Assembly: GCA_023213395.1 (NCBI GenBank)
Contig: CM041465.1
Coordinates: 103,795,741-103,859,740, forward strand
Direction of reading: 5' to 3'
Length of the DNA stretch: 64,000 nt
Source of the DNA: Cycas panzhihuaensis
Taxonomy: Eukaryota > Plantae > Cycadophyta
The translations under genes were made by a program, and so were the position numbers. The notes under the pieces are model-generated. The model was not told the DNA's origin. It ran no database searches and saw only the letters and a list, made by a program, of their open reading frames with translations. Below are positions 13,530 through 28,626 of this stretch, piece by piece (the stretch's first letter is position 1; each line of letters begins with the position of its first letter).

Positions 13530-14425
13530 AGATTGGGTGGGCATGCATAGAAAGGTTCTGGGCTATCATGTTGTAATAGATGATCAAGTTGTAACAGACA
13601 ATCTGTTTCAACAGTCACAAAGTGTATTGTGCGGGCAGAATTTTATGTATGGCCAGTAGTTGTGGAGACTGTATTTAGATTGGTCACCTAGCTACACAGG
13701 ATGCATTGTATAGCCAAAATTGCCTGTGAAAGAAGTATCCATACTTGGGTCTTTGCTTCTTTCAGAGACTAGCCACATATGATCAACACCGTAGGCGACG
13801 ATGCTCGTAGTTGCCTTATTATCTTGTAGTAATAGCATATCTGTGTCCCCCTTCTACCCCCTGAAAAGGAAAAGAAATGGTGGGCTTTCTCTAGATGATT
13901 TGTCTCTTTGCCTGACCAAGGTGGAGGAGGTTACATTTAGGCTGCATGGATTGCCCCTGCCAAAGCTCTTAGCCCAAATCAGGCGTTTTATGTTAAGCAC
14001 TTCTCACATATTTCTGATAGTGTTGTTCCCTTTTTGACATATCTTCCATGACACTGCTTTCATGGATTAGATATTTCCTTTAGCATAGCTTCAAGGTTGT
14101 TTGCACGGACTTAGGTCTGAGACCGACCATCATATCCCTAGGAAGCAATGTATCTGTGGACTTTGTCCTTTAGAGATTGAGGTGTATATTACAAGATTAG
14201 GGAAGTATTTGATCTCCTTCTGTGCAGGAAGTGGTTCAGTGGCCACCTTCTTCTTTATAAGGATTATATTTGTTTGGTCTTTACATAAGGGAGTTGGTTT
14301 CTCCATAGGTGACACTTTCTGAGGAAGGGAAATCGAAGATCTTTTGAGACTTTCTGCATCCCCTCTTTCTTTTGGTGGCTCCATCCTTTGTCTGGTTAGA
14401 AGTGGCTTGTGCATTAGATGACTCG
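13530..14425 (+). mobile_element. LINE 3' fragment, unit 2
   Basis: Paralog of 3840-4745; ORF 14101-14322. Confidence 0.65.
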
Positions 14426-16234
14426 TAAAAAGTTGACTATTCATGTTTGCTGCAGTGGTAGTCTGAAAGTATGAGGGTTCTCACAAGTCTGAATAATGCT
14501 TCTTTTTAATTATAGTGATCTTGTCTTTGTAAAGTGCCTGTTTTTATCCAACCCTGCTGCTTTGACATAGAATTGCATGGAGTTGAATAGTGGTAAAGTA
14601 TTTTTTGTACTGTCTGTTTTTAACTTTTGAAATCACAGGTTTATGTGCATTCAACCATCCAAATGCGCATCGTTGAACGGACTGTAGAATGCATTTCTTT
14701 AAATTATAATTGATATATTTTCTTGCATCCTGTGAGTTTGCTGATCATTGTGGCAATGTGCTATGTTTCAACCAGAGAGGGAGGTGTAGATTCTGTTTGC
14801 TTCCTTGAGACTCTTCTTTTGTGTGGGGTGTGTGCATCATTGAATTCATTGGTTTTTGCTGTTTTATGATCTCCACCTGCATGACAAGTTTGTGAGCAAT
14901 TCCTCGATGAATGGACTTCTCACCTAATTGTGACACTCACTGTCCTGCACCTTTGCAGTTTTTTTTTTGGTTTTTGGTACTGTGTAATAGACTAAGTGTG
15001 GAATGTTTTTTATCAGATACACATTTCATCTCTATGCTCTTTGTAAAGCGTCTGTTGCATATAGGGATCTAACCTGTATGCTCTGCTTCAGTTGAAGTTT
15101 CCTACCATCCAATCATGACGGAAGTTAAGGTGCTTCATATTTCAGGTTCTGCATGCCCAATTAATTGAGCAGGTCAGTTCTTGATGATTTCTCTGACCTT
15201 TCTAGAAAGTAATAATGGTCAGTTGGAATTTTTTGCTTCCTAGATCAAAGCCTAGAGTGATTCTGACAGGTTTCTCTGTACTGGCAGTGTGCAGTGAGAA
15301 GTATGATGGGTCACACATCATGTATTCTGTCATCTTTTATTGTCTTGATATTACGATGATTGCATGGATCTGCAATTATGCTGTTTACCTTTCCATCACA
15401 TTCTCAATGATTTTTAGAGTTAGATCTCCTCGCATTAGAAGCTTGGAATCATGTTACTTTTATCATCCAATTGCATATGGTGATAGCAACTATTGGTGGG
15501 GTAGAAGCCCATCTTTTGTGAGTCAAACTATTTATGGGATAGAAGCCCATCATTTGTGACTATTACTTCTGCATTTTCTGACTTGTTCATTGCTTTTCTG
15601 TATTATTTGGAAGTACAGGGTGAGGTGTAGACTCCTTGTATTCCTTATCAAGACTTGGATTGTGTGTTTGTGTGTTAAGTAAGTGTGGCATTTAATTTGA
15701 CCAGGTTTGGGCTATTCTATGATGTGGTTATGCATGGCTAGATTGCAAATGATTCCAAGATGAATTGGCATCTCCCCTTATTTTGTGGTTAATATGTGGA
15801 GTTTCTCAGATTTGGTAGTCTATCCTCTTACCGCGGAGTTCACATTGTTTTAAAACATGTCATCTATAGGTTGCTTGGTGAAGCTTTTGATCTGTTTCAT
15901 TTTGGTCCTCATCGTAAGAGTTTTCCTACCTGGTTTCAATAAATATTGCATCATTATTTTGTTATGCTCTTGTATTTATTGGACTAAATGGGAGATATCG
16001 AACTTCTATGGGTGAAATGCTTTGTCGGGTAGATGATGTAAGCATGGGAAAGAAAGTAAGAATTGCATATCCTTCTCCTGGCCAAAGAAGAGTTGTAGTC
16101 ACTGCTTATTGAGGTAGTATGACCCTTTAGTTGCACTTGAAGGGAGCACTTATTATGATAAGTATGATGCATTTTTCCGTTTTAGTTAGGTGGAGATAAC
16201 CTATTTTATATGTGCCTTAGTCCATATAAAATTG

Positions 16235-18000
16235 TGTTGAAGATCAGAGAGAGATACAGAATGACCGATGATTTATTATGAGAGATCATTTGAATATATA
16301 TACATTTACATATTGTAATTGACATGTGTTTGAGTGACAGGTGGTAGACACTTGTTTAATGATACATAAAGAGGGGTTTTACATGACCCTTATGTACATA
16401 TTTCTAGATGAAACATTATACTCTTAACACCCTCTCTTAATGTTTCATCCTTTTAATTCTATTTTATCTCTAAGAACTATAAACTTGTCGTTGCTGAAGA
16501 GCTTTTTTTAAAATATTTGCAATTTGTTCATTTGTTGAACAATAGGTTAAATCAATTTCTTTGTTTTGCACTTTTCCTCTTATGAAGTGATGATGCACTT
16601 CAATGTGCTTTGTTCGAGCATGAAGAATAGGATTTTTGGTCAACTAGATGGCACTTTGATTGTCACAGAATAGGATGGTTGACTACTTCTATTGTTGATC
16701 TAAATCTAATAGCAATTGTTTTAGCCACACTGCTTCGCAAGCTGCTCTAATTACTGACTTGTATTTTGTTTCTTTAGATGATATTGTGAATGTGGCTTGT
16801 TTTTCTCTACTCCAAGAAAGAAACACTAGCCACTTGTCGACTCCCTTTTTTCTTTGTCTCCAGCCTAGTCTGAATCGCAATATACAATTAGTTTATTTGT
16901 TTTCAGTTTTGGATACGTGAGTTTTAGATCAACTGTTCTCTTTTAAGTATCTGAGAATTCTTTTTGTTGCTTTTTAGTGTTTCACCTTTGGATCCTGCAT
17001 ATACCTTGAAACTAGACATACTAAATATGAGATGTCAAGTCTAGTTGCGGTGAGATATATTAGTCTACCTATCAGTTGCCTGTACAATGTTCCATTGACT
17101 GCAAATTCACTTTCATCTGGAGCAAGATTATAGCCTACTTCCATAGGAGTGCTGCAAGTGATGCTTTCTTCCATCTTAAATTTTGATAGCAGATTGTTAA
17201 TGTATTTATTCTGGGACAAGGAAATTGAGTCTTCCTTTTGACCAGTTTCTATTTTCAAATAGTAATTCAGTAGCCCTAGATCAGTTATTTCAAAGCCCCT
17301 TTTTAGTTGTGATCTTATATTTGCTATTGACTCGGCATCATTATCAGTGAGAATCATATCATCTATATAAACGGTGATAATTGTGATTAGTTCCTGTTTC
17401 TTTTTGGTGTACAGACTGGAGTCCGAGCTTAACCCACAAAAACCATATTGAATGAGGTATTTATCTAATTTTGTATATCTGGTTCTCGGGGTTTGTTTTA
17501 GTCCATACAATTCCTTTTTTAATCTGCAAACCGGATTTTCTTTTCTGTGTTGGACAAATCCTTTGGGCTGTCTCATATAGACTTCCTCCTCAAGTTCACC
17601 ATTTAGGAAGGCACAATAAATGTTTGAGATCCGATACTAATTGGAGTTTGGATGGTTTGATACTCCACGGTTTTCATGTTCAGCTAATTAGGCATTCCAG
17701 CCTGGGGGTGTTCTGAGGCAGGCTAATTTTGAGAGGGTAGCACCAAAGAACATCATAGGTGAAAGAGTAGCATGTCCATGGGGTTTTTTTTCATTGCTAG
17801 AGTGCAGGAATAAAGAGTACCATGACAATGGGTTTTTTCTTCATTGCTAGCGTGCAGGGACAAATGTGGCAAGTTCTGTAGATTGTTATCGCACTTTTCA
17901 TTGTTTGCAATATTGTTTGGTCATCAATGTGTTGGCATCATTTCCTTTTTTTTTGGATATTTAGAATTTGATTGTTGTCCTTTGTTAATTTAAATTAAGG
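16235..18000 (-). mobile_element. Decayed Copia 3' fragment, unit 3 (LTR 16235-16429)
   Basis: ORF 16974-17576 has MRQPKGF...[15 protein letters not shown]...VYIDDMIL, which are Copia RT (RVT_2) motifs. Confidence 0.93.
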
Positions 18001-18109
18001 TTTATGTTAAGCAGACCATTGATTTAAAGCATACTGGCATTGCATATGGCTGCCAGCCAGTGCGACTACTGAGTGAGCTTTTTCTCATTATGCCTAATTT
18101 CCTTCCTTA

Positions 18110-19060
18110 AATAGATTGGGTGGGCATGCATGGAAAGGTTCTGGGCGATCATGTTGCAATAATAGATTGGGTGGGCATGCATGGAAAGGTTCGGGGCGAT
18201 GATGTTGTAATAGATGATCATGTTGTAACAGACAATCTGTTTCAACAGTCAGAAAGTGTATTGTGCGGGCAGAATTTTATGTATGGCCAGTAGTTGTGGA
18301 GACTGTATTTAGATTGGTCACCTAGCTAAACAGGATGCATTGGATAGCCAAAATTGCCTGTGAAAGAAGTATCCATACTTGGCTCTTTGCTTCTTTCAGA
18401 CACTAGCCTCATATGATCAACACCATAGGCGAGGATGCTCGTAGTTGCCTTATTACCTTGTAGTAATAGCTTATCTGTGTATTGATCCCCATTCTCCCCC
18501 CAGAAAAGGAAAAGAAATGGTGGGCTCTCTCTAGATGATTTTCCTCTTTGCCTGACCAAGGAGGAGGAGGTTACATTTAGGCTACATGGATTGCCCCTCC
18601 CAAAGCTCTTAGCCCAAATCAGGTGTTTTATGTTAAGCACTTCTCACATATTTCTGATAGTGTTGTTCCCTTTTTGAGATATCTTCCATGACACTGCTTT
18701 CATGGATTAGATATTTCCTTTAGCATAGCTTCAAGGTTGTTTGCAGCAACTTAGGTCTAAGACCGACCATCATATCCCTAGGAAGCAATGTATCTGTGGA
18801 CTTTGTCCTTCAGAGATTGAGGTGTATATTACAAGATTAGAGAAGTATTGGTGCTCCTGTGCAAGAAGTGGTTCATTGGCCACCTTCTTCTTATATAAGG
18901 ATTGTATTTGTTTGGTCTTTACATTATGGAGTTGTTTCTCCATAGGTGACCCTTTCTGAGGAAGGGACATCGAAGATCTTTTGAGACTTTCTGCATCGCC
19001 TCTTTCTTTTGGTGTCTCAGTCCTTTATCTGGTTAGAAGTGGCTTGTGCGTTAGATGACT
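18110..19060 (+). mobile_element. LINE 3' fragment, unit 3
   Basis: Paralog of 3840-4745; ORF 18741-18959. Confidence 0.65.
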
Positions 19061-20855
19061 CATAAAAAGTTGACTATTCATGTTTGCTGCAGTGGTAGTC
19101 TGAAAGTATGAGGGTTCTCACAAGTCTAAATAATGCTTCCTTTTAATTATAGCGATCTTATCTTTGTAAAGTGCCTGTTTTTATCCAACCCTGCTGCTTT
19201 GTCATAGAATTGCATGGAGTTGAATAGTGGTAAAGTATTTTCTGTACTGTCTGTTTTAGCTTTTGAAATCACAGGTTTATATGCATTCAACCATTCAGAT
19301 GCACATCATTGAACGGACTGTAGAATGCATTTCTTTAAATTATAATTGATTTATTTTCTTGCATCCTGTGAGTTTGCTGATCATTGTGGCACTGTCCTAT
19401 GCTTCAACCAGAGAGGGAGGTGTAGATTCTGTTTGCTTCCTTGAGACTCTTCTTTTGTGTGGGGTGTGCATCATTGAATTCATTGGTTTTTGCTGTTTTA
19501 TGATCTCCACACAGATGACAAGTTTGTGAGCAATTCCTGGATGAATGGACTTCTCACCTAATTGTGACACTCATTATCCTGCACCTTTCGAGTTTATTTT
19601 TGGTTTTTGGTACTGTGTAATAGATTAAGTGTGGAATGTTTATTATCAGATAAACATTTCATCTCTATGCTCTTTGTAAAGTGTCTGTTGCATATAGGCA
19701 TCTAACCTGTATGCTCTGCTTCAGTTGAAGTTTCCTACCATCCAATCACGACGGAAGTTAAGGTGCTTGATATTTCAGGTTCTGCATGCCCAATTAATTG
19801 AGCAGGTCAGTTCTTGATGATTTCTCTGACCTTTCTAGAAAGTAATAATGGTCAGTGGGAATTTCTTGCTTCCTACATCAAAGCCTAGAGTGATTCTGAC
19901 AGGTTTCTCTGTACTGGCAGTGTGCAGTGAGAAGTATGATGGGTCACACATCATGTATTCTGTCATCTTTTATTGTTTTGATATTACGATGATTGCATGG
20001 ATCTGCAATTATGCTGTTTACCTTTCCATCACATTCTCAATGATTTTTAGAGTTAGATCTCCTCGCATTAGAAACTTGGAATCATGTTACTTTTATCATC
20101 CAATTGCATATGGTGATAGCAACTATTGGTGGGGTAGAAGCCCATCTTTTGTGAGTCCAACTATTTATGGGATAGAAGCCCATCATTTGTGACTATTACT
20201 TCTGCATTTTCTGACTTGTTCATTGCTTTTCTGTATTATTTGGAAGTACAGGGTGAGGTGTAGACTCCCTGTATTCCTTATCAAGACTTGGATTGTGTGT
20301 TAAGTGTGGCATTTAATTTGACTAGGATTGGGCTATTCTATGATGTGGTTATGCATGGCTAGATTGCAAATGTTTCCAAGATGAATTGGCATCTCCCCTT
20401 ATTTTGTGGTTAATATGTGGAGTTTCTCAGATTTGGTAGTCTATCCTCTTACCGTGGAGTTCACATTGTTTTAAAACATTTCATCTATAGGTTGCTTGGT
20501 GAAGCTTTCGATCTGTATCATTTTGGTCCTAATCGTAAGAGTTTTCCTACCTAGTTTCAATAAATATTGCATCATTATTTTGTTACGCTCTTGTATTTCT
20601 TGGACTAAATGTGAGATATCGAACTCCTATGTGTGAAATGCTTGGTCGGGTAGATGATGTAAGCATGGGAAAGAAAGTAAGAATTGCATATCCTTCTCCT
20701 GGCCAAAGAAGAGTTGTAGTCACTGCTTATTGAGGTAGTATGACCCTTTAGTTGCACCTGAAGGGAGCAGTTATCATGATAAGTATTATGCATTTTTCTG
20801 TTTTAGTTAGTTGGAGATAACCTATTTTATATGTGCCTTAGTTCATATAAAAATG

Positions 20856-22530
20856 TGTTGAAGATCAAAGAGAGATACAAGAATGACCGATGATTTATTA
20901 TGAGAGATCATTTGCATATATATACATTTCCATATTGTAATCGAGATGTGTCTGAGTGACACGTGGCAGACACTTGTTTAATGATACATAAAGAGGGGTT
21001 TTACATGACCCTTGTGTACATATTTCTAGATGAAACATTATACTCTTAACACCCTCTCTTAATGTTTCATCCTTTTAATTCTATTTTATCTCTAAGAACT
21101 ATAAACTTGTCTTTGCTGAAGAGTTTTTTTAAAATATCTGCAATTTGTTGATTTGTTGAACAGTAGGTTAAATCAATTTCTTTGTTTTGCACTTTTCCTC
21201 TTATGAAGTGATGATGCACTTCATTGTGCTTTGTTCGAGCATGAAGAATAGGATTTTTTGTCAACTAGATGGCACTTTGATTGTCACAGAATAGGATGGT
21301 TGATCTAAATCTGATAGCAATTGTTTGAGCCACACTGCTTTGCAAGCTGCACTAACTGCTGACTTGTATTCTGTTTCTGTAGATGATAGTGTGAATGTGG
21401 CTTGTTTTTCGCTACTCCAAGAAAGAAACAATAGCTACTTGTTGACTCCCTTTTTTCTTTGTCTCCAACCTAGTTTGAATTGCAATATACAATTAGTTTA
21501 TTTGTTTTCAGTTTTGGATATGTGAGTTTTAGATCAGCTGTTCCCTTTTAAGTATTTGAGAATTCTTTTTGCTACTTTTTAGTGTCTCACCTTTGGATCC
21601 CGCATATACCTTGAAACTAGCCATACTAAATATGAGCTGTCAAGTCTAGTTGCGTTGAGATATATTAGGCTACCTATCAGTTGCCTATACAATGTTCCAT
21701 TGACTGCAGATTCACCTTATAGCCTACTTCCATAGGAGTGCTACAAGTGATGCTTTCCTCCATCTTGAATTTTGATAGCAGATTTTTAATGTTTTTACTC
21801 TGGGACAAGGAAATTGAGTCTTCCTTTTGACCAACTTCTATTTTCAAATAGTAATTTAGTAGCCCTAGATCAGTTATTTCAAAGCCCCTTTTTAGTCGTG
21901 ATTTTATATTTGCTATTAACTCGGTATCATTATCAGTGAGAATCATATCATCTATATAAACGGTGATAATTGTGATTAGTCCCTGTTTCTTTTTGGTGTA
22001 CAGACTGGAGTCAGAGCTTAACCCGCAAAAACCATATTGAATGAGGTATTTATCTAATTTTGTATATCAGGTTCTCGGGGTTTGTTTTAGTCCATACAAT
22101 TCCCTTTTTAATCTGCAAACGAGATTTTCTTTTCCATGTTGGACAAATCCTTCGGGCTGTCTCATGTAGACTTCCTCCTGAAGTTCACCATTTAGGAAGG
22201 CACAATAAATTTTTGAGATCCGATACTAATTGGAGTTTGGATGGTTTGATACTCCATGGTTTTCATGTTCAGCTAATTAGGCATTCCAGCCTGGGGGTGT
22301 TTTGAGGAAGGCTAATTTTGAGAGGGTAGCACCAAAGAGCATCATAGGTGAAAGAGTAGCATGTCCATGGCGTTTTTTTTCATTGCTAGAGTGCAGGAAT
22401 AAAAGAGTACCATGACAATGGGTTTTTTTTTCATTGCTAGTGTGCAGGGACAAATGTGGCAAGTTCCATAGATTGTTATCTCACTTTTCATTGTTTGTGA
22501 TATTGTTTGGTCATCAATGTGTTGGTATCA
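20856..22530 (-). mobile_element. Decayed Copia 3' fragment, unit 4 (LTR 20856-21051)
   Basis: ORFs 21067-21264 (RNase H) and 21677-21946 (RT). Confidence 0.9.
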
Positions 22531-23350
22531 GTCATAGAGGGTATTGTGCGGGCAGAATTTTATGTATGGCCAGTAGTTGTGCAGACTGTATTTAGATTGG
22601 TCACATAGCTACACAGGATGCATTGTATAGCCAAAATTGCCTGTGAAAGATGTATCCATACTTGGCTCTTTGCTTCCTTCAGAGACTAGCCTCATATGAT
22701 CAACACCGTAGGCGACGATGCTTGTAGTTGCCTTATTACCTTGTAGTAATAGCATATCTGTGGATTGATGCCCCTTCTCTCCCCAGAGAAGTTAAAGAAA
22801 TGGTGGGCTCTCTCTAGATAATTTTCCTCTTTGCCTGACGAAGGAGGAGGAGGTTACATTTTTAGGCTACATGGATTGCCCCTCCCAAAGCTCTTAGCCA
22901 AAATCAGGCATTTTATGTTAAGCACTTTTCACATATTTCTGATAGTGTTGTTCCCTTTTTGAGATATCTTCCATGACACTGCTTTCATGGATTAGCTACT
23001 TCCTTTAGCATAGCTTGAAGGTTGTTTGCAGCAACTTAGGTCTGAGACCAACCATCATATACCTAGGAAGCAATGTATCTGTGGACTTCGTCCTTTAGAG
23101 ATTGAGGTGTATGTTACAAGATTAGGGAATTATTGGTGCTCCTGTGCAGGAAGTGGTTCATTGGCCACCTTCTTCTTATATAAGGATAATATTTGTTTGT
23201 TCCTATACATTAGGGAGTTGTTTCTCCATAGGTGACACTTTCTGAGGAAGGAAGATCGAAGATCTTTTGAGACTTTCTGCATCCCCTCTTGCTTTTGGTG
23301 GCTCCATCCTTTATCTTGTTAGAAGTAGCTTGTGCATTAGATGACTCCTA
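22531..23350 (+). mobile_element. LINE 3' fragment, unit 4
   Basis: Paralog of 3840-4745; ORF 23026-23235. Confidence 0.65.
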
Positions 23351-25259
23351 AAAAGTTGACTATTCAGGCATCCCCTCTTGCTTTTGGTGGCTCCATCCTT
23401 TATCAGAAGTAGCTTGTGCATTAGATGACACGTAAAAAGCTGACTATTCAGGTTTGCTGCAGTGGTAGTCTGAAAATATGAGGGTTCTCACAAGTCTGAA
23501 TAATGCTTCTTTTTAATTATGGTGATCTTGTCTTTGTAAAGTCCCTATTTTTATCCAACCCTGCTGCTTTGTCATAGAATTGCATGGAGTTGAATGGTGG
23601 TAAAGTATTTTCTGTACTGTCTGTTTTTAGCTTTTGAAATCACAGGTTTATGTGCATTCAACCATCCAAGTGCACATCGTTGAACGGACTGTAGAATGCA
23701 TTTCCTTAAATTATAATTGATTTATTTTCTTGCATCCTGTGAGTTTGCTGATCATTGTGGCACTGTGCTATGTCTTAACCAGAGAGGGAGATGTAGATTC
23801 TGTTTGCTTCCTTGAGACTCTTCTTTTGTGTGGGGTGTGCATCATTGAATTCATTGGTTTTGGCTGTTTTATGATCTCCACACGCATGACAAGTTTGTGA
23901 GCAATTCCTGGATGAATGGACTTCTCACCTAATTGTGACACTCATTATCCTGCACCTTTCGAGTTTCTTTTTGGTTTTTGGTATTGTGTCATAGATTAAG
24001 TGTGGAATGTTTATAATCAGATAAACATTTCATCTCTATGCTCTTTGTAAAGTGTCTGTTGCATATAGGCATCTAACCTGTATGCTCTGCTTCAGTTGAA
24101 GTTTCCTACCATCCAATCAGGACGGAAGTTAAGGTGCTTGATATTTCAGGTTCTGCATGCCCAATTAATTGAGCAGGTCAGTTCTTGATGATTTTTCTGA
24201 CCTTTCTAGAAAGTAATAATGGTCAGTGGGAATTTCTTACTTCCTACATCAAAGCCTAGAGTGATTCTGACAGGTTTCTCTGTAATGGCAGTGTGCAGTG
24301 AGAAGTATGATGGGTCACACATCATGTATTCTGTCATCTTTTATTGTCTTGATATTACTATGATTGCATGGATCTGCAATTATGCTGTTTACCTTTCCAT
24401 CACATTCTCAATGATTTTTAGAGTTAGATCTCCTCGCATTAGAAGCTTGGAATCATTTTACTGTTATCATCCAATTGCATATGGTGATAGCAACTATTGG
24501 TGGGGTAGAAGCCCATCTTTTGTGAGTCCTGCTAGTCCAACTATTTATGGGATAGAAGCACATCATTTGTGACTATTACTTCTACATTTTCTGACTTGTT
24601 CATTGCTTTGCTGTATTATTTGCTTTTTTGTATTATTTGGAAAGTACAGGGTGAGGTGTAGACTCCCTGTATTCCTTATCAACACTTGGATTGTGTGTTT
24701 GTGTTAAGTGTGTCATTTAATTTGACCAGGTTTGGGCTATTCTATGATCTGGTTATGCATGGTTAGAGTGCAAATGCTTCTAAGATGAATTGGCATGTCC
24801 CCTTATTTTGTGGTTAATATGTGGAGTTTCTCAGATTTGGTAGTCTATTCTCCTACCTTGGAGTTCACATTGTTTTAAAACATTTCATCTGTAGGTTGCT
24901 TGGTGAAGCTTTTGATCTGTTTCATTTTGGTCCTCATCATAAGGGTTTTCCTACCTAGTTTCAATAAATATTGCATCATTATTTTGTTATGCTCTTGTAT
25001 TTATTGGACTAAATGTGAGATATCGAACTTCTATGTGTGAAATGCTTGGTCGGGCAGATGATGCAAGCATGGGAAAGAAAGTAAGAATTTCATATCCTTC
25101 TCCTGTCCAAAGAAGAGTTATAGTCACTGGTTATTGAGGTAGTATGACCCTTTAGTTGCACCTGAAGGGAGCACTTATTATGATAAGTATGATGCATTTT
25201 TCCGTTTTAGTTAGGTGGAGATAACCTATTTTATATGTGCCTTAGTCCATATAAAATTG

Positions 25260-27025
25260 TGTTGAAGATCAGAGAGAGATACAGAATGACCGATGATTTA
25301 TTATGAGAGATCATTTGAATATATATACATTTACATATTGTAATTGACATGTGTTTGAGTGACAGGTGGTAGACACTTGTTTAATGATACATAAAGAGGG
25401 GTTTTACATGACCCTTATGTACATATTTCTAGATGAAACATTATACTCTTAACACCCTCTCTTAATGTTTCATCCTTTTAATTCTATTTTATCTCTAAGA
25501 ACTATAAACTTGTCGTTGCTGAAGAGCTTTTTTTAAAATATTTGCAATTTGTTCATTTGTTGAACAATAGGTTAAATCAATTTCTTTGTTTTGCACTTTT
25601 CCTCTTATGAAGTGATGATGCACTTCAATGTGCTTTGTTCGAGCATGAAGAATAGGATTTTTGGTCAACTAGATGGCACTTTGATTGTCACAGAATAGGA
25701 TGGTTGACTACTTCTATTGTTGATCTAAATCTAATAGCAATTGTTTTAGCCACACTGCTCGCAAGCTGCTCTAATTACTGACTTGTATTTTGTTTCTTTA
25801 GATGATATTGTGAATGTGGCTTGTTTTTCTCTACTCCAAGAAAGAAACACTAGCCACTTGTCGACTCCCTTTTTTCTTTGTCTCCAGCCTAGTCTGAATC
25901 GCAATATACAATTAGTTTATTTGTTTTCAGTTTTGGATACGTGAGTTTTAGATCAACTGTTCTCTTTTAAGTATCTGAGAATTCTTTTTGTTGCTTTTTA
26001 GTGTTTCACCTTTGGATCCTGCATATACCTTGAAACTAGACATACTAAATATGAGATGTCAAGTCTAGTTGCGGTGAGATATATTAGTCTACCTATCAGT
26101 TGCCTGTACAATGTTCCATTGACTGCAAATTCACTTTCATCTCGAGCAAGATTATAGCCTACTTCCATAGGAGTGCTGCAAGTGATGCTTTCTTCCATCT
26201 TAAATTTTGATAGCAGATTGTTAATGTATTTATTCTGGGACAAGGAAATTGAGTCTTCCTTTTGACCAGTTTCTATTTTCAAATAGTAATTCAGTAGCCC
26301 TAGATCAGTTATTTCAAAGCCCCTTTTTAGTTGTGATCTTATATTTGCTATTGACTCGGCATCATTATCAGTGAGAATCATATCATCTATATAAACGGTG
26401 ATAATTGTGATTAGTTCCTGTTTCTTTTTGGTGTACAGACTGGAGTCCGAGCTTAACCCACAAAAACCATATTGAATGAGGTATTTATCTAATTTTGTAT
26501 ATCTGGTTCTCGGGGTTTGTTTTAGTCCATACAATTCCTTTTTTAATCTGCAAACCGGATTTTCTTTTCTGTGTTGGACAAATCCTTTGGGCTGTCTCAT
26601 ATAGACTTCCTCCTCAAGTTCACCATTTAGGAAGGCACAATAAATTTTTAAGATCCGATACTAATTGGAGTTTGGATGGTTTGATACTCCATGGTTTTCA
26701 TGTTCAGCTAATTAGGCATTCCAGCCTGGGGGTGTTTTGAGGCAGGCTAATTTTGAGAGGGTAGCACCAAAGAACATCATAGGTGAAAGAGTAGCATGTC
26801 CATGGGGTTTTTTTTCATTGCTAGAGTGCAGGAATAAAAGAGTACCATGACAATGGGTTTTTTCTTCATTGCTAGTGTGCAGGGACAAATGTGGCGAGTT
26901 CCGTAGATTGTTATCTCACTTTTCATTGTTTGCAATATTGTTTGGTCATCAATGTGTTGGCATCATTTCCTTTTTTTTTTGGATATTTAGAATTTGATTG
27001 TTGTCCTTTGTTAATTTAAATTAAG
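25260..27025 (-). mobile_element. Decayed Copia 3' fragment, unit 5 (LTR 25260-25454)
   Basis: ORF 25998-26600 is a 200-aa RT fragment almost identical to 16974-17576. Confidence 0.93.
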
Positions 27026-27139
27026 GTTTATGTTAAGCAGACCATTGATTTAAAGCATACTGGCATTGCATATGGCTGCCAGCCAGTGTGACTATTGAGT
27101 GAGCTTTTTCTCATTATGCCTAATTTCCTTCCTTAAATA

Positions 27140-28035
27140 GATTGGGTGGGCATGCATGGAAAGGTTCTGGGCGATGATGTTGTAATAGATGATCATGTTG
27201 TAACAGACAATCTGTTTCAACAGTCAGAAAGTGTATTGTGCGGGCAGAATTTTATGTATGGCCAGTAGTTGTGGAGACTGTATTTAGATTGGTCACCTAG
27301 CTAAACAGGCTGCATTGTATAGCCAAAATTGCCTGTGAAAGAAGTATCCATACTTGGCTCTTTGCTTCTTTCAGAGACTAGCCTCATATGATCAACACCG
27401 TAGGCGATGATGCTCATAGTTGCCTTATTACCTTGTAGTAATAGCATATCTGTGTATTGATCCCCATTCTCCCCCCAGAAAAGGAAAAGAAATGGTGGGC
27501 TCTCTCTAGATGATTTTCCTCTTTGCCTGACCAAGGAGGAGGAGGTTACATTTAGGCTACATGGATTGCCTCTCCCAAAGCTCTTAGCCCAAATCAGGTG
27601 TTTTATGTTAAGCACTTCTCACATATTTCTGATAGTGTTGTTCCCTTTTTGAGATATCTTCCATGACACTGCTTTCATGGAGTAGATATTTCCTTTAGCA
27701 TAGTTTCAAGGTTGTTTGCAGCAACTTAGGTCTAAGACCGACCATCATATCCCTAGGAAGCAATGTATCTGTGGGCTTTGTCCTTTAGAGATTGAGGTGT
27801 ATATTACAAGATTAGAGAAGTATTGGTGCTCCTGTGCAAGAAGTAGTTCATTGGCCACCTTCTTCTTATATAAGGATTGTATTTGTTTGGTCTTTACATT
27901 ATGGAGTTGTTTCTCCATAGGTGACCCTTTCTGTGGAAGGGACATCGAAGATCTTTTGAGACTTTTTGCATCCCCTCTTTCTTTTGGTGGCTCAATCCTT
28001 TATCTGGTTAGAAGTGGCTTGTGCATTAGATGACT
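27140..28035 (+). mobile_element. LINE 3' fragment, unit 5
   Basis: Paralog of 3840-4745; ORF 27716-28033. Confidence 0.65.
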
Positions 28036-28626
28036 CATAAAAAGTTGACTATTCATGTTTGCTGCAGTGGTAGTCTGAAAGTATGAGGGTTCTCACAAGT
28101 CTAAATAATGCTTCCTTTTAATTATAGCGATCTTATCTTTGTAAAGTGCCTGTTTTTATCCAACCCTGCTGCTTTGTCATAGAATTGCATGGAGTTGAAT
28201 AGTGGTAAAGTATTTTCTGTACTGTCTGTTTTAGCTTTTGAAATCACAGGTTTATATGCATTAAACCATTCAGATGCACATCATTGAATGGACTGTAGAA
28301 TGCATTTCTTTAAATTATAATTGATTTATTTTCTTGCATCCTGTGAGTTTGCTGATCATTGTGGCACACCTATGCTTCAACCAGGGAGGGAGGTGTAGAT
28401 TCTGTTTGCTTCCTTGAGACTCTTCTTTTGTGTGGGGTGTGCATCATTGAATTCATTGGTTTTTGCTGTTTTATGATCTCCACATGCATGACAAGTTTGT
28501 GAGCAATTCCTGGATGAATGGGCTTCTCACCTAATTGTGACACTCGTTGTCCTGCACCTTTGGAGTTTCTTTTTGGTTTTTGGTACTGTGTAATAGATTA
28601 AGTGTGGAATGTTTATTATCAGATAA